Virus record (IMG/VR): IMGVR_UViG_3300045988_070924
Coordinates: 1-64,000 of that record
DNA length: 64,000 nt
Strand: one strand, 5' to 3'
Source: a virus
Below, in pieces: positions 7,023-13,854 of the stretch (positions are counted from its first letter, which is position 1; the number at the start of each line of letters is the position of its first letter). Under the pieces are notes generated by a model. The model searched no databases, was not told the DNA's origin, and was given only the letters and a program-made list of their open reading frames with translations. The translations under genes were made by a program, and so were the position numbers.

Positions 7023-7263
7023 TATAATCCTTTATTAGTTGGTTAATAATAAGTTTTATGAGGATAAATACTAATAGTATAGGAACTGTCACTATAATTA
7101 ACTTAATAAAAACTGCCAACATGATGATGAAAATTGATATAATAACAGCTCCTACTCCTATTATTATTCCCATTTCTTTTGCACTAAGTATTTTATTCCA
7201 ATACAGAGTAGTACTATAGGCAAGCCCAATATTGCAATCATCACTAAGAGAGCTATAATACAA
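6985..7263 (-). CDS. small membrane protein (the internal Met at 7173 may be the true start)
   Basis: Long hydrophobic stretch GIIIGVGAVIISIFIIMLAVFIKLIIVTVPILLVFILI. Confidence 0.4.
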   Translation of the reverse strand: MYYSSLSDDCNIGLAYSTTLYWNKILSAKEMGIIIGVGAVIISIFIIMLAVFIKLIIVTVPILLVFILIKLIINQLIKDYNEVDKRDGQDNS

Positions 7264-7321
7264 AATATCACATTTCCTGTTGCTGTTACTGGTTCCATAA
7301 TATTATTCTTTTACTATCTTT

Positions 7322-7717
7322 TTATTGTTTATTCTTTCTTTCTTTTTGTGCTTTGAGCCTTGCTCTTAAACCTTCATTTTCTGCTATTGGCTTATAAGCA
7401 AGATTCATAAAATAATGAAGTAGTGAGAGTACACATACTATGCAGAACCAAGTGAACAGAAAATCATATATTATGTTTCCTGATACTGGCATAAGATGGT
7501 ATTTCAGACCTCTTGTGGTGAACATAATCACCAGCACTACATAGTGACCCAGACAATAAGGGCAGTGAATAAGTTCTTCTATCTTTCCGCCTATGTGGTC
7601 TTCTATAAGATTTCTGAGCCATTCAAATATACTTGTAACACTTATTGTATAGGATATACTGGCTGCACACAATGCTACAGCCAGTATATAAGTCCAATCA
7701 CCACCCATAGTAATCAT
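7322..7717 (-). CDS. multi-pass membrane protein with a CPYC motif
   Basis: 131 aa, 3-4 predicted TM helices, HCPYCLGHY between helices. Confidence 0.5.
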   Translation of the reverse strand: MITMGGDWTYILAVALCAASISYTISVTSIFEWLRNLIEDHIGGKIEELIHCPYCLGHYVVLVIMFTTRGLKYHLMPVSGNIIYDFLFTWFCIVCVLSLLHYFMNLAYKPIAENEGLRARLKAQKERKNKQ

Positions 7718-8033
7718 CAGGATTGTGGTCCTCTACAGAACCTGTATACTCACCCTCATATACTGCCCCTGCTACATCCTCTAGTGCCTTCATCTTGTCA
7801 TAGTCACTATCTATAAGGTCACCATCTTTTACACCCTCATAGTCTTCAGGAACTATTGCATGATAGAGGTTTTCACTAGTGGAACCACATCCACACTTTG
7901 ATACATAGGTGAAGTTTATGACTTTCTTTCTGGTCTCAGGTATTTCCTGAGATTTTATGTTCTCAAACATCTCCTTGAGATTCTCCTCTTCCTGAGGTTC
8001 TTCTCTCTTTTTGAATAATTGTCCTATTCCCAT
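7698..8033 (-). CDS. hypothetical acidic protein
   Basis: 111-aa ORF. It overlaps both neighbours by a few codons, which suggests translational coupling. Confidence 0.5.
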   Translation of the reverse strand: MGIGQLFKKREEPQEEENLKEMFENIKSQEIPETRKKVINFTYVSKCGCGSTSENLYHAIVPEDYEGVKDGDLIDSDYDKMKALEDVAGAVYEGEYTGSVEDHNPDDYYGW

Positions 8034-9097
8034 GTCTTTATTATCTTAGTTAAGATAGATTCAGATAGTTCTCCATTTGCTTCTCTGATGATAGAGTAGG
8101 AAGCCTTGTCTACAATACCCTTTATAAGAGCACCAGACAATTTTCCATTGAATTGGCTGTATGCTTCCTTAGATATGCTTTTAGCCAGTTTATTAACATT
8201 TCCAGATACAGGTTTGCCCTTAAGATATATCTTGAAGATGTCTTCTGCATCCTCAACTGTAGGTCTTGAAATTTCAAGCCTAAGGTCAATTCTTCCTGGT
8301 CTGATGATTGCTGGGTCAAGAGCATCCTTGAAGTTGGTAGCAAGGATTATAAAAGTAGAATTACTTTCAAACCCATCAAGTTCACTCAAGAATGTAGGAA
8401 CAATGGTGAGGTCTACATCTGATGACCTTCTACTGCCCCTTGCATTAAGTACAGCTTCTGCTTCATCAATAAATATGACTGACCTCTGTTTCCTTACTCT
8501 GTAGTTCTGTCTTGCCCTTGAGAACATACTCTTAATATTATTCTCAGTTACACCAACATATGGACTGAGCATTTCTCCACCCTTCAAATAAATAAAAGAG
8601 TCTGGATTCAACTCAGTACCATTAAGGAATGCTGATGCAATAGCCTTGGCTACCATAGTTTTACCACATCCTGGAGGACCATAAAGAAGAACTCCTCTTG
8701 ATGGTTCAAGACCCATTCTCTTGAGATAGTCAGGATGTTTTATAGGCAATTCTATAGCATCTCTTATCTGTGAAATCTGACTCTTGAGACCTCCAATCTG
8801 CTCCCATTTGATATGTTCAAACTCTACAGGCTTGACAGGTTTCTCAAGTTCTTCTGGAAGAATACATATAATCATATTCTTGTTTACCATTACCTTGTCT
8901 CCTATCTTTGGGTTTTCATCGAGTTTAGGTGATTTAGGTATGATTACCTCATTACCATTTACTATAACTCTATACAACCCATTGTGCTGAGAGATGACAA
9001 CACTTTCCATGTAAGGTCCTTCTATGACCATCTCAAGTAGTTTTTCATACTCTGAGATTTTATCTCTCAAAGCATCAATTTCTTCCTGATAACTCAT
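8024..9097 (-). CDS. PAN/ARC/Rpt-like AAA+ unfoldase (coiled coil + OB domain + AAA)
   Basis: N-terminal heptad-like MSYQEEIDALRDKISEYEKLLEMV, then an OB-like YRVIVNGNEVIIPKSPKLDENPKIGDKVMVNKNMIICILP. Walker A GPPGCGKT, Walker B VIFIDEAEAV, and ATNFKDALDPAIIRPGRIDLRLEISRP. Confidence 0.8.
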   Translation of the reverse strand: MSYQEEIDALRDKISEYEKLLEMVIEGPYMESVVISQHNGLYRVIVNGNEVIIPKSPKLDENPKIGDKVMVNKNMIICILPEELEKPVKPVEFEHIKWEQIGGLKSQISQIRDAIELPIKHPDYLKRMGLEPSRGVLLYGPPGCGKTMVAKAIASAFLNGTELNPDSFIYLKGGEMLSPYVGVTENNIKSMFSRARQNYRVRKQRSVIFIDEAEAVLNARGSRRSSDVDLTIVPTFLSELDGFESNSTFIILATNFKDALDPAIIRPGRIDLRLEISRPTVEDAEDIFKIYLKGKPVSGNVNKLAKSISKEAYSQFNGKLSGALIKGIVDKASYSIIREANGELSESILTKIIKTWE

Positions 9098-9206
9098 TTT
9101 AGCACCTCCTTGTTAAATGTTGATACTACTGTGAAGGTCTTTTCTCCTTGAGAAATTCCTTCTTTTTTTTTGTTACATAACATTGTTTTTTTTGTGGGTT
9201 AAATAG

Positions 9207-9280
9207 TGACTCCACTGGGACTTGAACCCAGATAACCTACCTTAAAAGGGTAGTGCATTAACCAATTATGCTATGGAGTC
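9207..9280 (-). tRNA. tRNA-Lys(UUU)
   Basis: Acceptor GACTCCA/TGGAGTC, anticodon arm CTACC-CTTTTAA-GGTAG, T arm CTGGG-TTCAAGT-CCCAG. Confidence 0.85.
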
Positions 9281-9287
9281 CTCCAGA

Positions 9288-9572
9288 CTACTTGTCCTCG
9301 CCAGTATCATTCTTTGAACCACCAGTAGCCATATCAAGCATCAGTGTAGCAGCCAGAATATTCCTAAGATTAGGAGTCTTCTTTATGGCTGATAGAAGTG
9401 CTGTAATAAGATTCTGGTTCTGTCCAACCACTGCACACGTTGATGATTTCTCATCTGTTGCAAGGACTATACATCCTCTCTTTTCCTTGTTTTCAGAAGT
9501 CCATTTGACTACATTCTCACAGACATCTATTCTCTTCTGTTCACCTTTGGTTGGTGTTCTATCATCTTTCAT
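9288..9572 (-). CDS. hypothetical protein; likely paralog of 9575..9886
   Basis: 94 aa. Both ORFs share the pattern W-x4-9-(K/N)R(G)C(A/I)IV(I)L(G/A)(T)D followed by a Cys and an LI(T/A)(A/S)L block. Confidence 0.5.
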   Translation of the reverse strand: MKDDRTPTKGEQKRIDVCENVVKWTSENKEKRGCIVLATDEKSSTCAVVGQNQNLITALLSAIKKTPNLRNILAATLMLDMATGGSKNDTGEDK

Positions 9573-9574
9573 GA

Positions 9575-9886
9575 CTATTTCTCCTCTTCTTCTGATTTGT
9601 TGAACATAGACAGCAGTTCTCCAAGAGACCCCATCAGACTATAAGCTGCAAACTCCTTGAGGTCCTTATTATGGTCCAATGAACTTCCGAGAGATGCTAT
9701 TAGGAGTTCTCCTGGACCTATCATGCCACATAAAGACCTTCCTGCATCTTCCTTGTTTTCTCTGTCACCCAGAATGACTATTGCACATCTGTTGTCTGAG
9801 TCTTGGTCACACCAAGAGGTGATGAGCTCATTGATTTTCCCCTTCTGTTCATCAACAGAGAGAGATTTGAAATCTTTTTCTTTCAT
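9575..9886 (-). CDS. hypothetical protein; likely paralog of 9288..9572
   Basis: 103 aa. Poly-A leader directly upstream of the ATG. Confidence 0.5.
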   Translation of the reverse strand: MKEKDFKSLSVDEQKGKINELITSWCDQDSDNRCAIVILGDRENKEDAGRSLCGMIGPGELLIASLGSSLDHNKDLKEFAAYSLMGSLGELLSMFNKSEEEEK

Positions 9887-9940
9887 TTGTTTTTTTTTTT
9901 AAGATTAGTACTAATATGTTAAGAAATGTATTTTATTTAA

Positions 9941-10035
9941 AAAGGGCTATGCAACAGTTTGTGGAGTATAATTAAGTACCCAAAAACTTATTTCATTATC
10001 AGTGAAGTAACTCCACTATTCAGCAATAGCCCTTT
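9941..10035 (-). ncRNA. E-family structured element, copy E4
   Basis: Outer stem AAAGGGCTAT/ATAGCCCTTT and inner stem GTGGAGT/ACTCCAC. TGAAGTAACT at 10003-10012. Lies immediately 3' of ORF 10050..10820. Confidence 0.5.
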
Positions 10036-10049
10036 GTCTTTAGCTCAGT

Positions 10050-10820
10050 TTATCCCTCAGCCTTCAGCATTTCATATGCCTTTTTGACATCTTCCTGCTT
10101 CTGGAAATATACTATTCCCAGATACATCACTCTTTCATGTGTACCTATACAATAGTTATTATCCAGCTTAATGCTGTTAGGAAGGTTATAGGAATAGTGA
10201 GTCTTTGCCAAGAAATACTTGGTCTTGGTTACGTCTGGCTCCCATGTACCATTGAAATACTTGGCTATAAGTGCCAGTTTCATATGAAGAGTGAGTTCAC
10301 TACCTATCTCTACCCCTATTTCCTTGGAGAGTTTCATGGTGCTTGAAGCATCTTTACTACCCAGTTTCATGTTCAGGTGAAGGCTTGTTATTCCAAGAGA
10401 TTCAAGAACTTCCTTGAGGCTCTGTGGTTCACTCAATTCCTTTTCAGTATATGCCTGAAGAGCCAGCTTATGCAGAGTCTGGTCTTTGCCATTATACCAA
10501 TTTCTTGCCTCTTCAAGAGAGACTTTGACGTTTCTTTTTTCCCTGTTATTACTTGTTTGATGGTTGTTAAATCTTGTTGATGGTGTTTCTACCTGAGTAT
10601 CAATAGGCAGTAGCTCCTTGAGTATAAATTCATTGTAGGTATTGTAGATTCCTACAGGATAATCAAAGACCCTAACTACCTTCATAGGAGCATCTCCATA
10701 GTTTGGATTTCTCAGTATATCTCCTTCCCTCACATAGGGCATCTTTGGGATTTTGAATGTGCATTTCTTTGTTCTTGAAGAACTGCTTTCAGGAAACACT
10801 ACTGTACATAATCTCATCAT
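10050..10820 (-). CDS. hypothetical protein
   Basis: 256-aa ORF with no motif I can recognise. Confidence 0.55.
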   Translation of the reverse strand: MMRLCTVVFPESSSSRTKKCTFKIPKMPYVREGDILRNPNYGDAPMKVVRVFDYPVGIYNTYNEFILKELLPIDTQVETPSTRFNNHQTSNNREKRNVKVSLEEARNWYNGKDQTLHKLALQAYTEKELSEPQSLKEVLESLGITSLHLNMKLGSKDASSTMKLSKEIGVEIGSELTLHMKLALIAKYFNGTWEPDVTKTKYFLAKTHYSYNLPNSIKLDNNYCIGTHERVMYLGIVYFQKQEDVKKAYEMLKAEG

Positions 10821-10866
10821 ATTATATTTGTTTATAAATCTTCTCCGTAAGGGTTTCTCTAATAAA

Positions 10867-10949
10867 AGAGAGGCTATGTAATAAGCTGTAAAGTGTTTTT
10901 CATAATACCCTAAATTGAAGTAACTTTACAAATCAACAATAACCTCTCT
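10867..10949 (-). ncRNA. E-family structured element, copy E5
   Basis: Outer stem AGAGAGG/CCTCTCT and inner stem TGTAAAGT/ACTTTACA. TGAAGTAACT at 10916-10925. Lies immediately 3' of the small ORF 10957..11097. Confidence 0.5.
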
Positions 10950-10956
10950 GATTATT

Positions 10957-11097
10957 TTATTCGTGGTATCCACAGTTTGGACAGTAACATCCATCATACA
11001 TATTGTCACAATTAGGACATCTGTACTCTGGTTCCCAATCTAACCCTTCTGATGTTATATCTTCAGAAGGGTTATCTAGAAGTTCTATATCATTCAT
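10957..11097 (-). CDS. 46-aa zinc-ribbon mini-protein
   Basis: Below the track cut-off. Read by eye: MNDIELLDNPSEDITSEGLDWEPEYRCPNCDNMYDGCYCPNCGYHE. Confidence 0.45.
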   Translation of the reverse strand: MNDIELLDNPSEDITSEGLDWEPEYRCPNCDNMYDGCYCPNCGYHE

Positions 11098-11100
11098 GGT

Positions 11101-11229
11101 CTACTCTTTTAGTAAGACATACAAAACTGTAGAATTTTCCTTTCTGAGCATGTATTTCTCCTCTGTAGGGAATTCAACAGAGTACTTTACTTCCTCTGTT
11201 GGAATAGATTTCTTTTCAAACTGTTTCAT
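11101..11229 (-). CDS. possible 42-aa ORF
   Basis: Read by eye: MKQFEKKSIPTEEVKYSVEFPTEEKYMLRKENSTVLYVLLKE. Sits tightly between its neighbours. Confidence 0.3.
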   Translation of the reverse strand: MKQFEKKSIPTEEVKYSVEFPTEEKYMLRKENSTVLYVLLKE

Positions 11230-11581
11230 TTTTATCTTCTTTGGGGTCATTACCAGTTAATATGGCAATATCTTCTGATGTTATGAATGTTTTACATATG
11301 TAGATTAATGCAAATCCTATCCCAAATACTATCAGTATTCCAGTGGATGTAAAAGAATCTGCAAGACATACTGCAAAAATCCAGTATATCAAAGTTGAAT
11401 ACATCAGTATTCCTTTGATTATGTATATGATTGTTTTCATTTTAGTGAAAATATTGTAAGTTGTGAGTAATTTACTTATTAAAAATAGGACAATCTTTGC
11501 AAGAAATGTGCAGTGATTTGCTCTAAGTTCATCACAGTAGAAAATAAAACAAAAGGACAAAATGGTCATAGAATAGACCAT
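11216..11581 (-). CDS. membrane protein (the internal Met at 11440 is a plausible start)
   Basis: Hydrophobic helices IYWIFAVCLADSF and GILIVFGIGFALIYI. Confidence 0.4.
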   Translation of the reverse strand: MVYSMTILSFCFIFYCDELRANHCTFLAKIVLFLISKLLTTYNIFTKMKTIIYIIKGILMYSTLIYWIFAVCLADSFTSTGILIVFGIGFALIYICKTFITSEDIAILTGNDPKEDKNETV

Positions 11582-11606
11582 TCTGTCCTAATGTCAAGAG
11601 CCATGA

Positions 11607-11897
11607 TTACATGGCTGTACCATCTGCTCTGTAGATGTCATCATCACCATCCCTCTCTAAGGTGATGATGTCTACGGACTTAATGTCCACGGAGTCACCT
11701 TCCTCAAGCTGACTGTCTCTTGAAAGAGGCATAAATTTCTTGCCTCCAGCCTTCATCAAGAAGCACATTGAAAGTCCATACTGACCTTCAACTACCTTAG
11801 CAGATTCAACCTGAGCTACCTCAGCCTTGCTGAGTTTCTCTCTGCCAGCTTCACTCCATGAGCCAGCATAAGTACGGAGTTTGTCCAAAAATCCCAT
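11607..11897 (-). CDS. hypothetical protein; distant paralog of 12328..12633
   Basis: 96 aa, locally GC-richer. Shares the EEGD(S/T)(V/I)D block and the C-terminal pattern with 12328..12633. Preceded by the 34-nt motif. Confidence 0.55.
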   Translation of the reverse strand: MGFLDKLRTYAGSWSEAGREKLSKAEVAQVESAKVVEGQYGLSMCFLMKAGGKKFMPLSRDSQLEEGDSVDIKSVDIITLERDGDDDIYRADGTAM

Positions 11898-11953
11898 AGT
11901 GCTTGAATGTTTGAATGTTTGTAGATAAACTTAGTTGGTCCACATATCTTGTG

Positions 11954-11987
11954 TCCCAAAGTATGGAGAATATGCTGTGTTGTTTTA
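11954..11987 (-). promoter_or_regulatory. conserved 34-nt motif, copy A (candidate phage-specific promoter)
   Basis: Plus strand: TCCCAAAGTATGGAGAATATGCTGTGTTGTTTTA. Lies 56 nt upstream of the ATG at 11897. Confidence 0.45.
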
Positions 11988-12073
11988 CTCTAAGAAATTA
12001 AACTCCCAGCCCTATACCTATATATATTATAAGGTATAAAAACTGAGAGTCCCCACACATAATACATCAAAGG

Positions 12074-12193
12074 TTATTTATCATCATCCTTAGATGAAAA
12101 GGCATCAGGTACCAGGAATATTAGAGTAAGTACTGTAAGTACAATAAACCCTAAGACCCCATGAATATCACCTAATATTCTAATTAATTCCAT
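12074..12193 (-). CDS. possible 39-aa single-pass membrane peptide
   Basis: Read by eye: MELIRILGDIHGVLGFIVLTVLTLIFLVPDAFSSKDDDK. Lies 60 nt downstream of motif copy B. Confidence 0.35.
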   Translation of the reverse strand: MELIRILGDIHGVLGFIVLTVLTLIFLVPDAFSSKDDDK

Positions 12194-12253
12194 ATTTCTA
12201 ACTTAAAATGTTTAGTAAGTATTAATCTAATTATTGTTTATTGGACTGTTTCA

Positions 12254-12287
12254 TCCCAAAGAATGAAAACAATGTTGTGTTGTTTTA
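12254..12287 (-). promoter_or_regulatory. conserved 34-nt motif, copy B
   Basis: Plus strand: TCCCAAAGAATGAAAACAATGTTGTGTTGTTTTA. Confidence 0.45.
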
Positions 12288-12290
12288 TAG

Positions 12291-12323
12291 AAAAAAGAGA
12301 TGACCAGCTACTGCTGGTCTCTC
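12291..12323 (-). terminator. intrinsic terminator after 12328..12633
   Basis: Stem GAGA(T)GACCAGC/GCTGGTCTCTC with loop TACT. On the minus strand it is followed by TTTTTT. Confidence 0.6.
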
Positions 12324-12327
12324 TCTG

Positions 12328-12633
12328 CTACATGGTTCTACCTGTGCATCTGGTGATGGTCTTCTCACCATTGGTGAGCTGGAACACCATGAAGCTGCTT
12401 GGGTCAATGGTGTCACCTTCCTCACCCTTGAACTTGCGGTCAAGCTGCCATGACACATAGCCTGTGTCCAGCATGACTACTGCATACAAGTGGTCATACT
12501 CCTCTGAGTATCTCACTTCAATGGACTTGACCTTCTTGAGGTCTGCCTTCTTAATCTGCTGTGCTGAGCCTGGCACAAGCTTCCAGGAGGACTCTGAGTA
12601 TGTCCTTACCTCTTTACCAAGGAATGTCTTCAT
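12328..12633 (-). CDS. hypothetical protein; distant paralog of 11607..11897
   Basis: 101 aa. Has its own upstream motif and a downstream terminator. Confidence 0.55.
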   Translation of the reverse strand: MKTFLGKEVRTYSESSWKLVPGSAQQIKKADLKKVKSIEVRYSEEYDHLYAVVMLDTGYVSWQLDRKFKGEEGDTIDPSSFMVFQLTNGEKTITRCTGRTM

Positions 12634-12691
12634 GGTGTAAGATGTATTATGTGTTAGGGTTCACTGATGTGTGGGGGGAGGGAACCCATTC

Positions 12692-12725
12692 TCCCAATGA
12701 CCAGGGGGAGTGTTGTGTTGTTATA
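12692..12725 (-). promoter_or_regulatory. conserved 34-nt motif, copy C
   Basis: Plus strand: TCCCAATGACCAGGGGGAGTGTTGTGTTGTTATA. Lies 58 nt upstream of the ATG at 12633. Confidence 0.45.
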
Positions 12726-12798
12726 TCCCATCCATAGAAATCAAGCAAAAATTAAAAAAAAACAAAAAAAAAATAAAGAAAAAAAAATTATTTATATA

Positions 12799-12830
12799 TT
12801 TGGATATGTCAGTTTTTTTACTTACCTTTG
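12799..12830 (+). promoter_or_regulatory. Bacteroidota-type promoter opening the plus-strand block
   Basis: TTTG (12799-12802), a 20-nt spacer, TACCTTTG (12823-12830). A-tracts lie upstream (12741-12790). Confidence 0.65.
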
Positions 12831-12836
12831 CATCTA

Positions 12837-13135
12837 CAGTAGAAATAGCAAGTATACTGAGAATACTGATACCTTTTTAGGTAGGAGGGCATATATAGGA
12901 CTGAACTGCTTCTCACCAAGTCAAGAAAGTAGTGGATATTGACCAAGGGTTGGTAATGAGGAGGCTGCTTTAGGGCAGTGATAAAAGGGGACGGACTAAT
13001 ATTATATAACCAGGGGATGGACTATATATGTTGAGAGCCTTAATCTCAAGCCAGGGTGATGGAAAAGAGCCACCCAGGTCCCTTCTTTATTAAGATAGGT
13101 CTATTAGTTAAACTCCCAGTAGAATAAGGAGAAGT
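12837..13135 (+). promoter_or_regulatory. ~300-nt untranslated leader, candidate structured RNA
   Basis: No ORF longer than ~22 codons. GC-richer than its surroundings. Hairpins TTGAGA-GCCTTAA-TCTCAA and GGGTG...CACCC. Direct repeats AGGGGAYGGACTA at 12986 and 13012, with a third degenerate copy at 13053. Confidence 0.35.
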
Positions 13136-13459
13136 ATGGAATTTAAGAGTAAAAAGTTTAATTTCTTTGGAGAAACATGGTATATTAAGTATGTGGACCA
13201 TGCTCCTGTATTAGAAGACCAAGCAGATGATGCTTTTAATGGTGGTGTTATCATGCCCTTAAAAAGGACCATATATATATCTACCAAATGGCCTAATGGA
13301 AAACCAATAAATAAAGAATCTATTGAGAATAGTTTGAGGCATGAATTGGTTCATCTAATCTTCCTCAATGGTCAATATTTAGGTTGTTATGATGATGAAC
13401 CATTAGTAGAATGGACTGCAAAGTCTCTAAGTATATTACTTAATCAACATGTCATCTAA
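13136..13459 (+). CDS. small HExxH zinc-metallopeptidase-like protein
   Basis: SLRHELVHLIF (HExxH). 107 aa. Confidence 0.5.
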   Translation: MEFKSKKFNFFGETWYIKYVDHAPVLEDQADDAFNGGVIMPLKRTIYISTKWPNGKPINKESIENSLRHELVHLIFLNGQYLGCYDDEPLVEWTAKSLSILLNQHVI

Positions 13460-13488
13460 GCTGCCCGCAGGGCATAGATTAACATACA

Positions 13489-13854
13489 ATGAAGATAATT
13501 TATAATAGATTTATTCCTTTCAAGGGGTTCTCTGTAACTAATTTGTTTGGAACTCTCTTTGTAAGACAAGAGAAGGGAAAACTTGAACCTTATGTATCTC
13601 CAAGAATCATTAATCATGAGTCTATTCATACAGAACAGATGAAGGAACTTGGGTATATCTTCTTTTATATATGGTATTTTATAGAGTGGCTTTTAGAGGT
13701 ACTATTGCCACCTTATAATAAGGCTTACCATGATATATCTTTTGAAGAGGAAGCATACAACAATGAGAATAATCCTAACTACTTAAAGAGTAGGAAAAGA
13801 TACAATTGGATTAAATTTGTATTTAACAAGAAATTAAGAAGAAAGTTAAAATGA
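13489..13854 (+). CDS. small HExxH protein with a hydrophobic segment
   Basis: INHESIHTEQ (HExxH) followed by YIFFYIWYFIEWLL. Confidence 0.45.
   Translation: MKIIYNRFIPFKGFSVTNLFGTLFVRQEKGKLEPYVSPRIINHESIHTEQMKELGYIFFYIWYFIEWLLEVLLPPYNKAYHDISFEEEAYNNENNPNYLKSRKRYNWIKFVFNKKLRRKLK

Noticed and set aside
10823-10830. Plus-strand TATATTTG just upstream of E5, as evidence that E elements are transcribed from the plus strand.
   Set aside because: There is no -33 TTTG at the right spacing, and the other copies lack an equivalent box. The orientation of the E family therefore remains unresolved rather than plus.
12841-12880. Possible TPP riboswitch because of CTGAGA ... ACTGATACC in the long leader.
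   Set aside because: Only these two short strings resemble the THI-box. The spacing and the remaining conserved helices and nucleotides are missing.
12263-12942. Track ORFs 12263..12460 and 12667..12942 (and 15994..16206 over the tRNAs).
   Set aside because: They run through a terminator, the 34-nt motifs, A-tracts, a promoter or tRNA genes, and are antisense to supported features.
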